Below are positions 35,747-46,019 of a stretch of 64,000 bases of DNA, piece by piece. The stretch's first letter is position 1. Each line of letters begins with the position of its first letter. The notes beneath the pieces are model-generated. The model was not told the origin of the DNA and made no database searches. It saw only the letters and a list, made by a program, of their open reading frames with translations. The translations under genes were made by a program, and so were the position numbers. The stretch spans positions 83,779-147,778 of the forward strand of contig CAJTAK010000001.1 of assembly GCA_910574255.1 (NCBI GenBank), given 5' to 3'. The stretch is from Clostridia bacterium. Its GTDB lineage: Bacteria > Bacillota > Clostridia > Lachnospirales > Lachnospiraceae.

Positions 35747-37381
35747 ATGAAAAAAGGACAGATTTATGAAGGTATGGTAGAGAAAGTGGACTTCCCCAAT
35801 AAAGGGATTGTGACCTGTGAGGAGCGGAATGTTGTTGTAAAGCATACGGTCCCTGGGCAGAAGGTTCGTTTTCAGGTAAACAAGATCCGCAAGGGCAAAT
35901 GTGAGGGCCGGCTCCTGGAGGTCCTGGAGCGGTCTCCTCTGGAAATAGAACCAGCGTGTCCTCATTTTGCGGTTTGCGGCGGATGTACCTATCAGAATCT
36001 GGCTTATGAGGAGCAGATTCGGCTGAAAAGCAATCAGCTGAAGGAGCTTCTGGACAGTGCCATTGGGGAACCTTATCTGTTTGAAGGGGTGAAGGAGAGT
36101 CCGCATGGTGAGATGTACCGGAATAAGATGGAATTTTCCTTTGGTGACGAGGAGAAGGATGGGCCGCTTGCCCTTGGTATGCATAAGAGAGGGAGCTTTT
36201 ATGATATTGTGACGGTGAAACAGTGCCGGATTGTGGATGAAGATTATCGGAAGATTCTTTCCTGTGTGCTGGACTATTTTAAAGAGGAGAAGGTGCCTTT
36301 TTATCATAAGCTGCGTCATATGGGGTATCTGCGTCATTTGCTGGTGCGCAAGGGCGCCAAGACGGGGGAGATTCTGGTGGTGCTTGTGACCAGCAGTCAA
36401 ATGGAGGTTCCGGATGTGCCCTGGCTGGAACGGCTTTTGGAGCTTCCCCTTGACGGGAAGCTTGTGGGGGTTCTTCATACTTATAATGACAGCTTGGCGG
36501 ATGTGGTTCAAAGTGACAGGACAGAGCTTCTTTATGGCAGAGATTATTTTTATGAGGAGCTTTTGGGGCTTAAGTTCCGGATTTCGCCCTTTTCTTTCTT
36601 TCAGACCAATTCTCTGGGGGCGGAGGTGCTCTATGAGACGGCAAGAGCTTATATTGGAGATACGAAAGATAAGGTGATCTTTGACTTATATAGTGGGACC
36701 GGGACCATTGCTCAGATGCTTGCGCCGGTGGCGGAGCAGGTTGTGGGAGTGGAGATCGTGGAGGAGGCTGTGGAGGCGGCCAAGGTGAATGCGGAGCTTA
36801 ATGGGCTTTCGAATTGTAGGTTTATTGCCGGGGATGTTTTGAAGGTAGTGGATGGATTGAGGGAGAAGCCGGATCTTATTGTACTTGACCCGCCCAGGGA
36901 TGGAGTGCATCCGAAGGCGCTTCAAAAGATTATTGACTTTGGGGTGGAGAGGATTGTTTATATTAGCTGTAAGCCGACTAGTTTGGCGAGAGATTTGGAA
37001 CTGCTGCAGGGATGCGGGTATAGGGTGGAACGGGCTTGTGGGGTGGATATGTTTCCTTCGACTGTTCATTGTGAGACGGTTGTGCTTTTGTCCCAACTAA
37101 AGCCAGATGATTATATTGATGTAGAACTGGATTTATGTGAGTTGGATGTTACTGCATCAGAGAAAGCGGCTACTTATCAGCAAATTAAAGATTATGTTAT
37201 GGAGAAACATGGTGTAAAGGTACATACAGCTTATATCGCACAGGTGAAGAAAAAATATGGTTTAGATATGCGGAAGAACTACCATCAGTCGAAAAATGAA
37301 AAATATATTGCAAAACAATGCACGGAAGAAAAGGAGTTGTATATTAAGGAGGCACTGGAGCATTTTGCAATGCTTGGTTAA
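35747..37381 (+). CDS. rlmD: 23S rRNA (uracil-5)-methyltransferase RlmD/RumA with about 95-aa low-GC C-terminal extension
   Basis: N-terminal TRAM domain, a 4-Cys cluster (CPHFAVCGGCTYQ), the SAM-binding fold (DLYSGTGTI) and the catalytic C-terminus …CGVDMFPSTVHCETVVLL. The ORF then continues about 95 codons into AT-rich sequence (…LKPDDYIDVELD…EALEHFAMLG). Confidence 0.8.
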   Translation: MKKGQIYEGMVEKVDFPNKGIVTCEERNVVVKHTVPGQKVRFQVNKIRKGKCEGRLLEVLERSPLEIEPACPHFAVCGGCTYQNLAYEEQIRLKSNQLKELLDSAIGEPYLFEGVKESPHGEMYRNKMEFSFGDEEKDGPLALGMHKRGSFYDIVTVKQCRIVDEDYRKILSCVLDYFKEEKVPFYHKLRHMGYLRHLLVRKGAKTGEILVVLVTSSQMEVPDVPWLERLLELPLDGKLVGVLHTYNDSLADVVQSDRTELLYGRDYFYEELLGLKFRISPFSFFQTNSLGAEVLYETARAYIGDTKDKVIFDLYSGTGTIAQMLAPVAEQVVGVEIVEEAVEAAKVNAELNGLSNCRFIAGDVLKVVDGLREKPDLIVLDPPRDGVHPKALQKIIDFGVERIVYISCKPTSLARDLELLQGCGYRVERACGVDMFPSTVHCETVVLLSQLKPDDYIDVELDLCELDVTASEKAATYQQIKDYVMEKHGVKVHTAYIAQVKKKYGLDMRKNYHQSKNEKYIAKQCTEEKELYIKEALEHFAMLG

Positions 37382-37534
37382 AAGAGATTGTACATCATGC
37401 AGAAAAAATAAATATATTTTTTAAAGTTATCTATTATTATATTAGGTGAGCGAGACACCCTGTTCATAAACAGGGCTGTTTCGCCCACTATCTCCTAAAA
37501 AAATAAATTTATTTTACCAAGAGCAGCCTTAGTT

Positions 37535-38626
37535 TTAAGGTTGCTTTTTCGTCTTTGCTGCACATTTTGAGGAAGAGTGCTTTCTGACTTCTCTCTTTTG
37601 CAGTTCAAGCCCGCAGATTTCATTGATTAGGTTGTAGTCGATGCCAGCATCAATCCATCTGCATAAATCCCTGTGAAGAATGTGATACTTTTCACCGCTT
37701 ACATCGTGAAAAAGTGTCATAGGGCTTTTGATGGAATATCCATGCAGATTCATAAATTTTTCAATCTCAGCAGAAGATGGAATAGTCAGGTAAAATGCAA
37801 GCTGTAGATAAAATTCGGGAATTTTAGGCAGTATTCCTTTCGTGTAATGTTTCCAGTTTTTTCTGTCTATCCATTTCCCTTGGATGTAATTGCTTGCAAG
37901 AACCTTTTCAAATCCGTTAAATGAAAAACAGTCATTTATCGTAAATCTGTTCCTGTTTTTAGCAGGATCGTACAGGTTGTCAAATACTTCTATCAGATAT
38001 TTCATCTTTTTAGGAATATCCAATTCCCTTAAATGTTTATTATCAATGATGTTCATGCCATTCATAGGAAGACTGGTAAAATCAAATGTTGTGTAGAACT
38101 TGTTTCGTGCGAAGGCAAGCTCTGTTATTCTATTGATATAGACCATCTTATGCTTCTCGTAATCGTCAATAAGCGGGGCTGAAAATGCCCTTTGGGGAGA
38201 AGGATCTTTATATAGATTTTTATACAATTTTTTATATTCTTCTAATGCATCAATCCGCTTGCTTGCAAGTTTGCTGTCCTCTGGCTTTGTTTCTATCTGT
38301 TCTGTTAGGTAGGTATAGACAGGCTGCACATCCCTTTTATTTAATTCCCAAATAGGTAATCCAGAAAAATCCATGATTGGTTTATCAAGTGGGTTACGGG
38401 AATCTACACTAATCCACATGCCATCCAGAGTAAAAGGCATGGAAGAGTAGCGGTATGCTTCCCTTGCAGATGCAAATTTTTCTTGCTCCATAATATCGGA
38501 ACTGATGAATTCATCAATGGTATTTTGGAAGCCCTCAAAATCTCCCTGTAACAAAGAATCATATGCAGATGTATTTAGTGCCTCTAATTCTGCATATAAT
38601 TGGCTGTAAGATAATTTATCCTTCAT
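37535..38626 (-). CDS. Hypothetical protein (363 aa)
   Basis: ORF with a good coding look and no recognisable motifs. AT-rich. Confidence 0.45.
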   Translation of the reverse strand: MKDKLSYSQLYAELEALNTSAYDSLLQGDFEGFQNTIDEFISSDIMEQEKFASAREAYRYSSMPFTLDGMWISVDSRNPLDKPIMDFSGLPIWELNKRDVQPVYTYLTEQIETKPEDSKLASKRIDALEEYKKLYKNLYKDPSPQRAFSAPLIDDYEKHKMVYINRITELAFARNKFYTTFDFTSLPMNGMNIIDNKHLRELDIPKKMKYLIEVFDNLYDPAKNRNRFTINDCFSFNGFEKVLASNYIQGKWIDRKNWKHYTKGILPKIPEFYLQLAFYLTIPSSAEIEKFMNLHGYSIKSPMTLFHDVSGEKYHILHRDLCRWIDAGIDYNLINEICGLELQKREVRKHSSSKCAAKTKKQP

Positions 38627-38859
38627 TATGAGACTACTCCTTTCAAGGAGAAAAAATCAATCTATTGCTTCAAAAAACTGCTTTTAAGCTGGAATTGCTT
38701 GGAAATCCTTTAGGGTTTCCGCTTAATAATATACCACATGTCATGGAAAAATGAAATGTTGTTTCTTGTTGTAAAATTAATTTGGGAATGATGAAGGCTT
38801 CTACGGATTACAGCAGAGTACAGAAAAAGTTGCTCAAACAGAAAAAGCTCGTATTTTTC

Positions 38860-38869
38860 GGGGGGGGGG
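38860..38869. repeat. Homopolymeric G10 tract in the promoter region of the downstream surface-protein gene
   Basis: cgggggggggg at 38860-38869, about 70 nt upstream of the ATG at 38941. The surrounding DNA is about 33% GC, so a G10 run is conspicuous. Confidence 0.9.
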
Positions 38870-38940
38870 TAACAAAAATTTGATAGCAACTTATATTGCA
38901 GAAATTATGACTCGTAATTTTCTGCATAGAGACAACAAAT

Positions 38941-40668
38941 ATGAAAAAGAAGATTTTATCTGTTTTGGTTAGTGTTTCTTTGATAATGGGAATCATAGGT
39001 GTGAATGCCTCCAACATTGTTTATGAAGAATCCATTGATGAAGAAACGGCTGTAAATGAAATGGATATAACCCCCTTAATGGCAACAAATGATGCAGTAG
39101 CTTATGCGGATTCAAATGGTACATTGGAATTTGTAAAGACGATACAAGGTTATGGCTATACGGCTTTTATTCGATATGATAATTCAAGTATGTATTGGAG
39201 TAACAATACAAGTTATGATGCTAGATATGAACCATATATAAATGTGCCTGAAATTAACAATGCAAATTGTCCATATTCAAGTTATGGTTCCAGAACCGCA
39301 GAGAAAGTACCTATTTATAAGAATGTCTATCTTTCAAAAGGAAGTATCCTTTATTTTCACTTAAATGGTTCTTCTTGCTCTCATAGTGGTTCAACTGCTA
39401 CTCTTTATTTATCTGATGCATATTCAAGTCCTGTTGCTTATAATTCAAATAATCAGAAATACAATATTGGTACAATGGTAGTCACTTCAGGACAAAATGC
39501 AAGTGGAACAGATTTTTATTACACAATACATAAAAGTGGTTATTATACAGTTGATGCAATGGGGCAAGCTACGGCATGTAGTGTAAGTTATGGTCATGGA
39601 ATTTATATGAATCAGACTTACTATATTTATCGTTATAAATATGATATTTCATACAATTTAAATGGTGGTAATTTATCCAAAATTAATCCAACTTATTATT
39701 ATGAAGAAAACGATGACATTGTTTTAAATAATCCTACTAAAACAGGCTATACATTTATTGGATGGACTAGTCCTGACTTAACTTCTCCAACTACTAGTGC
39801 TATTATTACGAGTGGTTCAGCAGGTGACAAATCTTATATAGCTAATTGGTAGATTAACCAATATCCTGTTATTTACATTGATGCAGATGAAAATGGCAAT
39901 GAAATAGGAAGAACAACCAAGTTAGTAGACTATGATGCACTTGTAAAAGGTTCTGATATTGGAGATGAAAAAACGGATAATGCTTATTACAATCAATATA
40001 GGTATGTTTTCGATACAAGTGCAAAAGTTACTACGGACGGAGCCATTGTTTATCGTGTATTTGAATTTTGTGAGACAGAAGCAGTATCAAACCTCCAATG
40101 GAATGATAACAATAATGCAGATGGTTTCAGACCTGAGAAATATAAATTAAAGCTCAAACAGAACGGAAAGATTATTGATGAAGTAGAATTGCCTTCTGAT
40201 ACTACCAATTATACATTCCTTGATTTACCCAAATATGATTTAGATGGAAATGCTTATAACTATTCCTTTGATGTAGATGCAGGAAGCCGTTATCAGATTA
40301 ATTTTGGAGAAGATGGGAACCTGATTGTAGAAGATTATCTCCCTGCTAATTTTACTGTTGTCATACCAAAAACAATCATCCTTGATGGAAATACAGGCAA
40401 AGCAGATTATCAGATTGCGGTAAATGGAACATTTTATTACAATGATACTCTGACTGTAGAACCTGAAAGCAATTTTACCCTAACTGACAGGAGCAAGATT
40501 TCGACTATGCAGGCCAATGTTAATCAAAACAAAACAGGCTTTACAAAAGAGGATGATATGTCCAGAGGATGCAATACAAAAGGCAGTATTCAGACCGATA
40601 GGGTATTATTCCCAGGTAGCTGGTCAGGAACTTTTAATTTTGATATTAAATTTAAGATGCAGAACTAA
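38941..40668 (+). pseudogene. Secreted Listeria-Bacteroides-repeat (flg_new) surface protein gene interrupted by an in-frame amber codon
   Basis: Signal peptide MKKKILSVLVSVSLIMGIIGVNA. Repeat end …GYTFIGW…KSYIANW, then TAG at 39850-39852. The same frame stays open for 272 more codons to the TAA at 40666-40668. The track's ORF 40189..40668 is the tail of this frame. Confidence 0.6.
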
Positions 40669-40829
40669 ATTTTTGATATATAAATTTTTACTACATGCAA
40701 TCTGTCACAATGGCAGATTGCTTTTTGTATGAGGATATTTCGCTGAGCATTATAAGACGAATAAAGCTGCCTGCATAACACAAACAGCTTATTCATATAC
40801 ATAAGAGGTTGCTATTATTGAAAACACGT

Positions 40830-41966
40830 TTATAAATTATATTTTTCCCTTAACGGGTAATAGATGTAATCTACATGGATATCATCCCAATTCTGCCTTG
40901 GTATTCGCATATTCTGGAAAAAGCATTCCCTTTTGGTAAGGGACTGTTTTTCACATCTGGAATAATCGAAGCCCTGTTCCATTTCTTTTTCACGTAAAGA
41001 TATGATTCTGTCTGCATCTGACATATATACTTGCAAAGTGATTTGTGGGTAAAAACCCAAATACCTTTCCAGCATAAGATAAATGCAGATGATGTTTTCA
41101 TAAATCTTTTTTAAGTACATATTGTTGCATTTATCGAAAGTGCCGATTGTGATTTTTCCGTCAACAGGCTTCCCGATGAAGAAGAATCCTGCGGCTGTCA
41201 TATTGAAAAGGGAATAGTAATTTCTCCTGTATTCCTTTGGGGAAGATAGCAGGTCTTTCTCCCTTTGCAGTTTGTTTTTGATGCCAAGATATGCAGAGTA
41301 GTCATCATCAATCTTATATCCAAGGAAATTACATTGATGATGGTATAGGTCTGCGGTGATTTTATAGTAATCATCCATGAAATCAGATACACGTGGGAAT
41401 CCAGAAGAGATAAGTTCCTTGTCCTTGATGGGGAAGCTTTCATACAGGCTGCCATATAGCTGATAGACGGCCATTTGGTTTTCCGTTGTGAAGATTGAGA
41501 TGCAGTAGTCCGTTAAAAAGTTTAAAAGATTCTGCAGAGTCAGCTCTATGCCAAGCTGCTCCATAAAAAGTACAGCCTGCCTGATAATGAATTCAGCCCT
41601 GTAGACGTTGTTCCATATTTTTCTGTTATTCAGCTTAATGGAACAGGAGTCCCTCGTACTGCATTCGTGGTACATGGCAAGGGGGAATTTGGTCATAATA
41701 TAGATACAGGTTTTTGTGTCCGTGGCCTGTTTCTTAATCAACAAACCGTAGGAGAGCAGGTCTGCAACCATATCGTTAGCCCTGTGTTCATTTATCTGAT
41801 AGAAAATCCTTGCCAGTGTAACCATCTGCTTTTTCAGCATGAATCCATTTCCAATGTAGAAGAGTATATTTAATATGGGAATATTCCTGTTAAAGCATTC
41901 TTCCTTTGCCAGTCTGTTTTTGGTCCTGGCAGAAATATTTTCGTTCCTGTACATATGTGATTTCAC
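40830..41966 (-). CDS. Hypothetical protein (378 aa)
   Basis: ORF only. Confidence 0.45.
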   Translation of the reverse strand: MKSHMYRNENISARTKNRLAKEECFNRNIPILNILFYIGNGFMLKKQMVTLARIFYQINEHRANDMVADLLSYGLLIKKQATDTKTCIYIMTKFPLAMYHECSTRDSCSIKLNNRKIWNNVYRAEFIIRQAVLFMEQLGIELTLQNLLNFLTDYCISIFTTENQMAVYQLYGSLYESFPIKDKELISSGFPRVSDFMDDYYKITADLYHHQCNFLGYKIDDDYSAYLGIKNKLQREKDLLSSPKEYRRNYYSLFNMTAAGFFFIGKPVDGKITIGTFDKCNNMYLKKIYENIICIYLMLERYLGFYPQITLQVYMSDADRIISLREKEMEQGFDYSRCEKQSLTKRECFFQNMRIPRQNWDDIHVDYIYYPLREKYNL

Positions 41967-42145
41967 ACTCCTTTTTCTATTGTAAGTCTTAAAAAGGCTT
42001 ACCTTATATCATAAATAAAAGAAAAGGATCAATAACCAGACAGGAAAATAGGATGCTGTGGCAGAGTATGCGATTGGAATTCCAAACAAACAGCCCCACT
42101 GGAAAGGCGGGGCTGTCTGCATATAAATCTACAGTTTGTTAATTT

Positions 42146-42415
42146 TTAGGCTTCATAGTAGAACGCTTCAAAAAGCCTTTCACAATCTTCAACGGACTGC
42201 AAGTTATAATGCCCGTGGTTAAGTGTCTGCAGTCGTTCATTCCATGAAGACCAGAAAGCATATGAGCCATCTTCTTTTTTTGCAGAAACCATATATAGAT
42301 AATTGTCCGCTGGATGATAGGATTTCTGCCTGATTTCCAATACTGTATACTTAGGAAGATGCTTCTTAAAATAAAGCTCTATATGCTTCCTTACTTCGTT
42401 TAAATTAATCGCCAT
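42146..42415 (-). CDS. Small hypothetical protein (89 aa), last gene of the minus-strand ssb operon
   Basis: ORF, 15-nt gap to the upstream gene. Confidence 0.4.
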   Translation of the reverse strand: MAINLNEVRKHIELYFKKHLPKYTVLEIRQKSYHPADNYLYMVSAKKEDGSYAFWSSWNERLQTLNHGHYNLQSVEDCERLFEAFYYEA

Positions 42416-42430
42416 AAAATGATTCTCCTT

Positions 42431-42892
42431 TCAAATCAATGGTAACTTATAAAAGGAATCCCCCATAACTTTGATTAATGTTTGGGCTTCCCTTTTATTA
42501 CAGGATTGCAGAAAATGGTAGAATATAAGTCCTGAAAATGCCTGCTGTAAAGTTCTGTGGTCTATCGCCATCTCCTTTGCCACTTTTTCCATCTTCACAT
42601 TGCTGACAGATTCCATCTTCTTCTGGACAAAGGGAATCTCCGCAAGCTGTCTGCCTGTTTTGGCGGATGCTTCATTCCTAAAATCTGTCCTGTATCCGCT
42701 GTCAGATATTACCTTTATCCAGCAGATATCCAAATCCTCCATCTGCTTGGAATCCCTCTGTTCCTCTGCTATCTTATCAGGCTTGAAGAACATGTTGTTT
42801 ACCTCATGGGAAAAATACTTCGCAATCTCCTGTGGATTTGCAGTCTTTAAATCCATCATAATATCTACCTCTTTTCCTTTATGCTTTTGCAA
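42431..42892 (-). CDS. Hypothetical protein (153 aa)
   Basis: ORF overlapping the J-domain gene by 14 nt. Confidence 0.4.
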   Translation of the reverse strand: MQKHKGKEVDIMMDLKTANPQEIAKYFSHEVNNMFFKPDKIAEEQRDSKQMEDLDICWIKVISDSGYRTDFRNEASAKTGRQLAEIPFVQKKMESVSNVKMEKVAKEMAIDHRTLQQAFSGLIFYHFLQSCNKREAQTLIKVMGDSFYKLPLI

Positions 42893-43409
42893 GCTTCTTC
42901 TTTTCCTCTGTGTCTTTTTTAAACCTGACTTCTACACAGCCATATTTTTCCCTGATATAACTCATGGAAGCAGATTTTGAACTGAACTTATGGAAATCAT
43001 CAAAATGCAGATACCACATCTGCTTCTGACTTGCCCAATGGAAGCCCAGTTCTTTCAGTTCCTTTCGGTAAGCATAACAGTTTGACACCCATATCCAGAC
43101 ACCAATAATCTCAACCTTGATTCCTTCAAACCTTGCAAGCTGCATGACCTTTTCCCTGATCAGCTTGTCTTTCTGCCAGTCATAGGCCTGCTTCTGCTTG
43201 TCGGTTGCATCTTTGTATGTATCCTTATGCTCAAAGTCACTTTTCAGTCTCTTGAACAAAATGTCATACTCTGCATTGACTTCCTTGATGATTTCTTCGG
43301 AACCGCCGTTATCAGGATGATGCTTCACAACAAGCTTCCTGTACAGCTTCCGCAGTTCTTCAAGCGACTTCACATCTTTGAACCATTTCATGCGTATCTC
43401 TCCCTTCAC
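42879..43409 (-). CDS. J-domain (DnaJ-like) protein
   Basis: LRKLYRKLVVKHHPDNGGSEEIIKEVNAEYDILFKRL: the HPD tripeptide in a typical J-domain helix II/III context. No DnaJ Zn-finger or C-terminal domains. Confidence 0.7.
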   Translation of the reverse strand: MKGEIRMKWFKDVKSLEELRKLYRKLVVKHHPDNGGSEEIIKEVNAEYDILFKRLKSDFEHKDTYKDATDKQKQAYDWQKDKLIREKVMQLARFEGIKVEIIGVWIWVSNCYAYRKELKELGFHWASQKQMWYLHFDDFHKFSSKSASMSYIREKYGCVEVRFKKDTEEKKKLAKA

Positions 43410-43870
43410 AATAAATCTGCTTCCTTAAAACTCAGGTAACTGTTTCCGCCGATAATGATGTGGTCTGCTAAAGCGATATGTAACAGAGCACCTGATTCCT
43501 GAACCTTTTTGGTTAATTTTATATCCGTGTCTGTCGGCGTCGGGTTTCCAGAGGGATGGTTATGGCAGAGTACAATCTGCACCGCCCCAATAAGCAGAGC
43601 CCGTATGAACACTTCCCTTGGGCTTACAAGGCTTGCATATACAGTCCCTTTGGAAAGAAAAAATATTCCCAATATCCTGCAGGAACTGTTAAGGGCGATC
43701 AGGTAACAGTGTTCTTCCGCCAGTTCGCCTATATGCAGGAGGGACTGCAGCATTAAAACGATATTTTCAGGGTGTTTTATATTTGCCCCCTCATAATTGA
43801 TCCCTTTCTCTTTTACTAAAATGGTTGTGCCGTCATTGGCAATCCTCGTGTCATAGAAATTAATCCTCAT
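43406..43870 (-). CDS. radC: RadC-like JAB/MPN+ domain protein
   Basis: The JAMM motif HNHPSGNPTPTDTD plus upstream Glu and the Ser of the JAB domain. 154 aa, as in the short mobile-element RadC versions. Confidence 0.8.
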   Translation of the reverse strand: MRINFYDTRIANDGTTILVKEKGINYEGANIKHPENIVLMLQSLLHIGELAEEHCYLIALNSSCRILGIFFLSKGTVYASLVSPREVFIRALLIGAVQIVLCHNHPSGNPTPTDTDIKLTKKVQESGALLHIALADHIIIGGNSYLSFKEADLL

Positions 43871-43929
43871 GATGCGTTCCTTTCATAAACAAGGGATACC
43901 GCAGAAGCGGCATCCCTGTTGAAATAACA

Positions 43930-45255
43930 TTATTCTGTGTCAGGGTTTATTTCTTCGGGAGGCTTATCTTCCTCTGTCCGTGTGCCATGTTCCAAATCAT
44001 CAGACACGGCATTGGGGAATATGCCCTCGATTGTGGGAGCAGGAGCAGATTCTTCTTCCAGGATTGGACTTTCTTCTGTATTTTCTGCAGGCAATCCATT
44101 TTCTGTTCTGTCCGTATCCGTAGGCATACTGCCATCTGGGAGGGATTCTCCGTCAGGGGAGCTTTCTTCCGATAAAGGAATATCCTGTCCATTCTGTTCT
44201 GATTTTTCAGTCTCTTCCAGCTCAAAATACTTTTTCAAGGAGCTTTCCATAACCTCAATCCTTTTTAAAGTCTTTTCTTTTTTGATGCTGCCCGAAGAAC
44301 AGTACTGCTTATAGTCCTCATAGCATTCATCAAAAAAGTAGGAAAACCACTGCCTGAAATACATGGGGCCTACCCGATAGATGCCTTTTGTGGAATCATA
44401 ATCTGTTCCCATCGCAGTATCAGCCACAAGGAAAACAATTGGAATATTGATTTTTTTAAGCATCTTGTCTTTTTCAGGAAATACCTTTTCCAGATAGTCA
44501 ATGATGTCATAAAGACGTTCTTTCTGTTCTTCCGAATAATTATTTTTGATATGTGCGGCATACCGCATAATTTCATCCGCAGAAATGGAGGAAAATTCAT
44601 AACCCTCATGTCTGCTGTCCAGAAGCATCATGGACTGTAGCAGGGTACACATATCATCAGATTTCCTCCGCTGCAGGGCAGAGAACTGGCAGATATCCGA
44701 AAAGAACCTGTCAGCAAGGAGCGACTTGATGAACTTCGCATTTTCAACACCGCATAAAGGCATTGCCTTTTGGGGCTTCGACAATGGGGCACTGTTATTC
44801 AGACGGAAGAAAATCTCTTCTATTAGGTCATCGTCCGCATCTTCAAAGCCATAGATTGTGAACTTAAAACGAAGTATTTCCTGCTGGCATTCTGCATCAA
44901 GGTCAGTGAAATATCTGCCGCCCAGTTCATAAGTAACTTCGTCAATGACAACGGATGGGGTTTCCTCATCCAACGGGTATCTCCCGTCTATGTAATCAAA
45001 AATCGTTGTCAGACGCTGTTTCCCGTCAAGGATTGAATAGGAATAATCCTTTTCACTGACTGCTTCTTTCAGACAGTAGACAGGGGGAACAGGGTAGTTT
45101 GCAAGGATGCTGTGGATCAGCAGGCTCTTTTTCAGTTTGTCACCGTCCCACTGTCCGCTTTGGCGTTGGATTACGTGATCCATTTGAAGGGTATTTTTCC
45201 CATCATACATGTTCTTTAGATTTTTTACTGTCCAGTTTAAAGTTGTCTTAATCAT
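43930..45255 (-). CDS. DUF262 (ParB/Srx-like nuclease-NTPase fold) domain protein with acidic C-terminal tail
   Basis: DGQQR-type motif SILDGKQRLTTI and an upstream HVIQRQ motif. The C-terminal 100 aa are Glu/Asp/Pro-rich low complexity. No DUF1524/HNH partner domain. Confidence 0.7.
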   Translation of the reverse strand: MIKTTLNWTVKNLKNMYDGKNTLQMDHVIQRQSGQWDGDKLKKSLLIHSILANYPVPPVYCLKEAVSEKDYSYSILDGKQRLTTIFDYIDGRYPLDEETPSVVIDEVTYELGGRYFTDLDAECQQEILRFKFTIYGFEDADDDLIEEIFFRLNNSAPLSKPQKAMPLCGVENAKFIKSLLADRFFSDICQFSALQRRKSDDMCTLLQSMMLLDSRHEGYEFSSISADEIMRYAAHIKNNYSEEQKERLYDIIDYLEKVFPEKDKMLKKINIPIVFLVADTAMGTDYDSTKGIYRVGPMYFRQWFSYFFDECYEDYKQYCSSGSIKKEKTLKRIEVMESSLKKYFELEETEKSEQNGQDIPLSEESSPDGESLPDGSMPTDTDRTENGLPAENTEESPILEEESAPAPTIEGIFPNAVSDDLEHGTRTEEDKPPEEINPDTE

Positions 45256-45572
45256 ACTGATTTCTCCTTTGCGAAATGGATTTTTATATCCATAAAAATG
45301 GAAAGTTTCAATTAGGTTATTGGGATGCCGTATTCACGGGCTGCATCGCTTATTATCTCGATGCAGTCCTGTATGACAGATGCTGAATCAACAAACAGCA
45401 GCCTTAAAATATAATCGCCTGTATCATCCAGACTTCCCAAAGCAGAAAGATAATCCCTCCGCTTATCCGTCAGTGCAGATACGGCCTTTTTGAAAAGTCC
45501 CTCTGCATCAAGGTTTTGGGATTCTGTATTGATGCAGTCTGTTTTCTCTCTGCCATTCCATGTAACTGGCCT

Positions 45573-45911
45573 TCAAACGTCCTGCTTTTTGGTTTCCAGA
45601 AATTCCAGTGAATCAATTACGATTTCATTGGAATATACTTTCTTCCCGTTTTTCTCATAATTATTATTTTTCAGCTTTCCAGAAATGAGGAGTTTTGTGC
45701 CTTTAGAGCAATGCATTTCTACAATCTCTGCCAGTATGTTCCAGCAGGTACATCTGAAAAAGTCAGTAGGGTAGTTTCCCTGTTCGTCCCTTTTCATGGA
45801 CATATCTGGTACGGCAAAATTAAATATGGCATGTGCCACGGGTTCAGTACCCATGCGGTACTTTACTGTTGGATCTTCCGTTAGCCGCCCTGTCAATATG
45901 ATTTTGTTCAT
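45573..45911 (-). CDS. ssb: Single-stranded DNA-binding protein (short, no acidic tail)
   Basis: OB-fold start MNKIILTGRLTEDPTVKY…, 112 aa. Confidence 0.85.
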   Translation of the reverse strand: MNKIILTGRLTEDPTVKYRMGTEPVAHAIFNFAVPDMSMKRDEQGNYPTDFFRCTCWNILAEIVEMHCSKGTKLLISGKLKNNNYEKNGKKVYSNEIVIDSLEFLETKKQDV

Positions 45912-46019
45912 GCTTCATTCCTGCACTTTGAAAGTGCTTATCCTTTCTTATAAATTTTGTTTTTATAAAATTTCTTGAATCTTCCTATAGGGAACTTTTC
46001 GATACTGCCATGTAGAATC

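Noticed and set aside
37441-37480. Hairpin CCCTGTT-cata-AACAGGG between rlmD and the convergent minus-strand gene as a bidirectional terminator
   Set aside because: The stem is only 7 bp and no convincing U-tract follows on either strand. Left uncalled.
39850-39852. TAG as a pyrrolysine or other recoded codon
   Set aside because: No pyl genes (pylBCD/pylS) are visible in the window and the gene is not a methylamine methyltransferase. A nonsense mutation or sequencing error is the simpler explanation.
40830-41966. Assigning functions (for example nucleotidyltransferase or Abi) to the 378-aa and 363-aa (37535..38626) lone minus-strand genes
   Set aside because: No diagnostic motif could be recognised by eye. 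Left as hypothetical rather than guessed.
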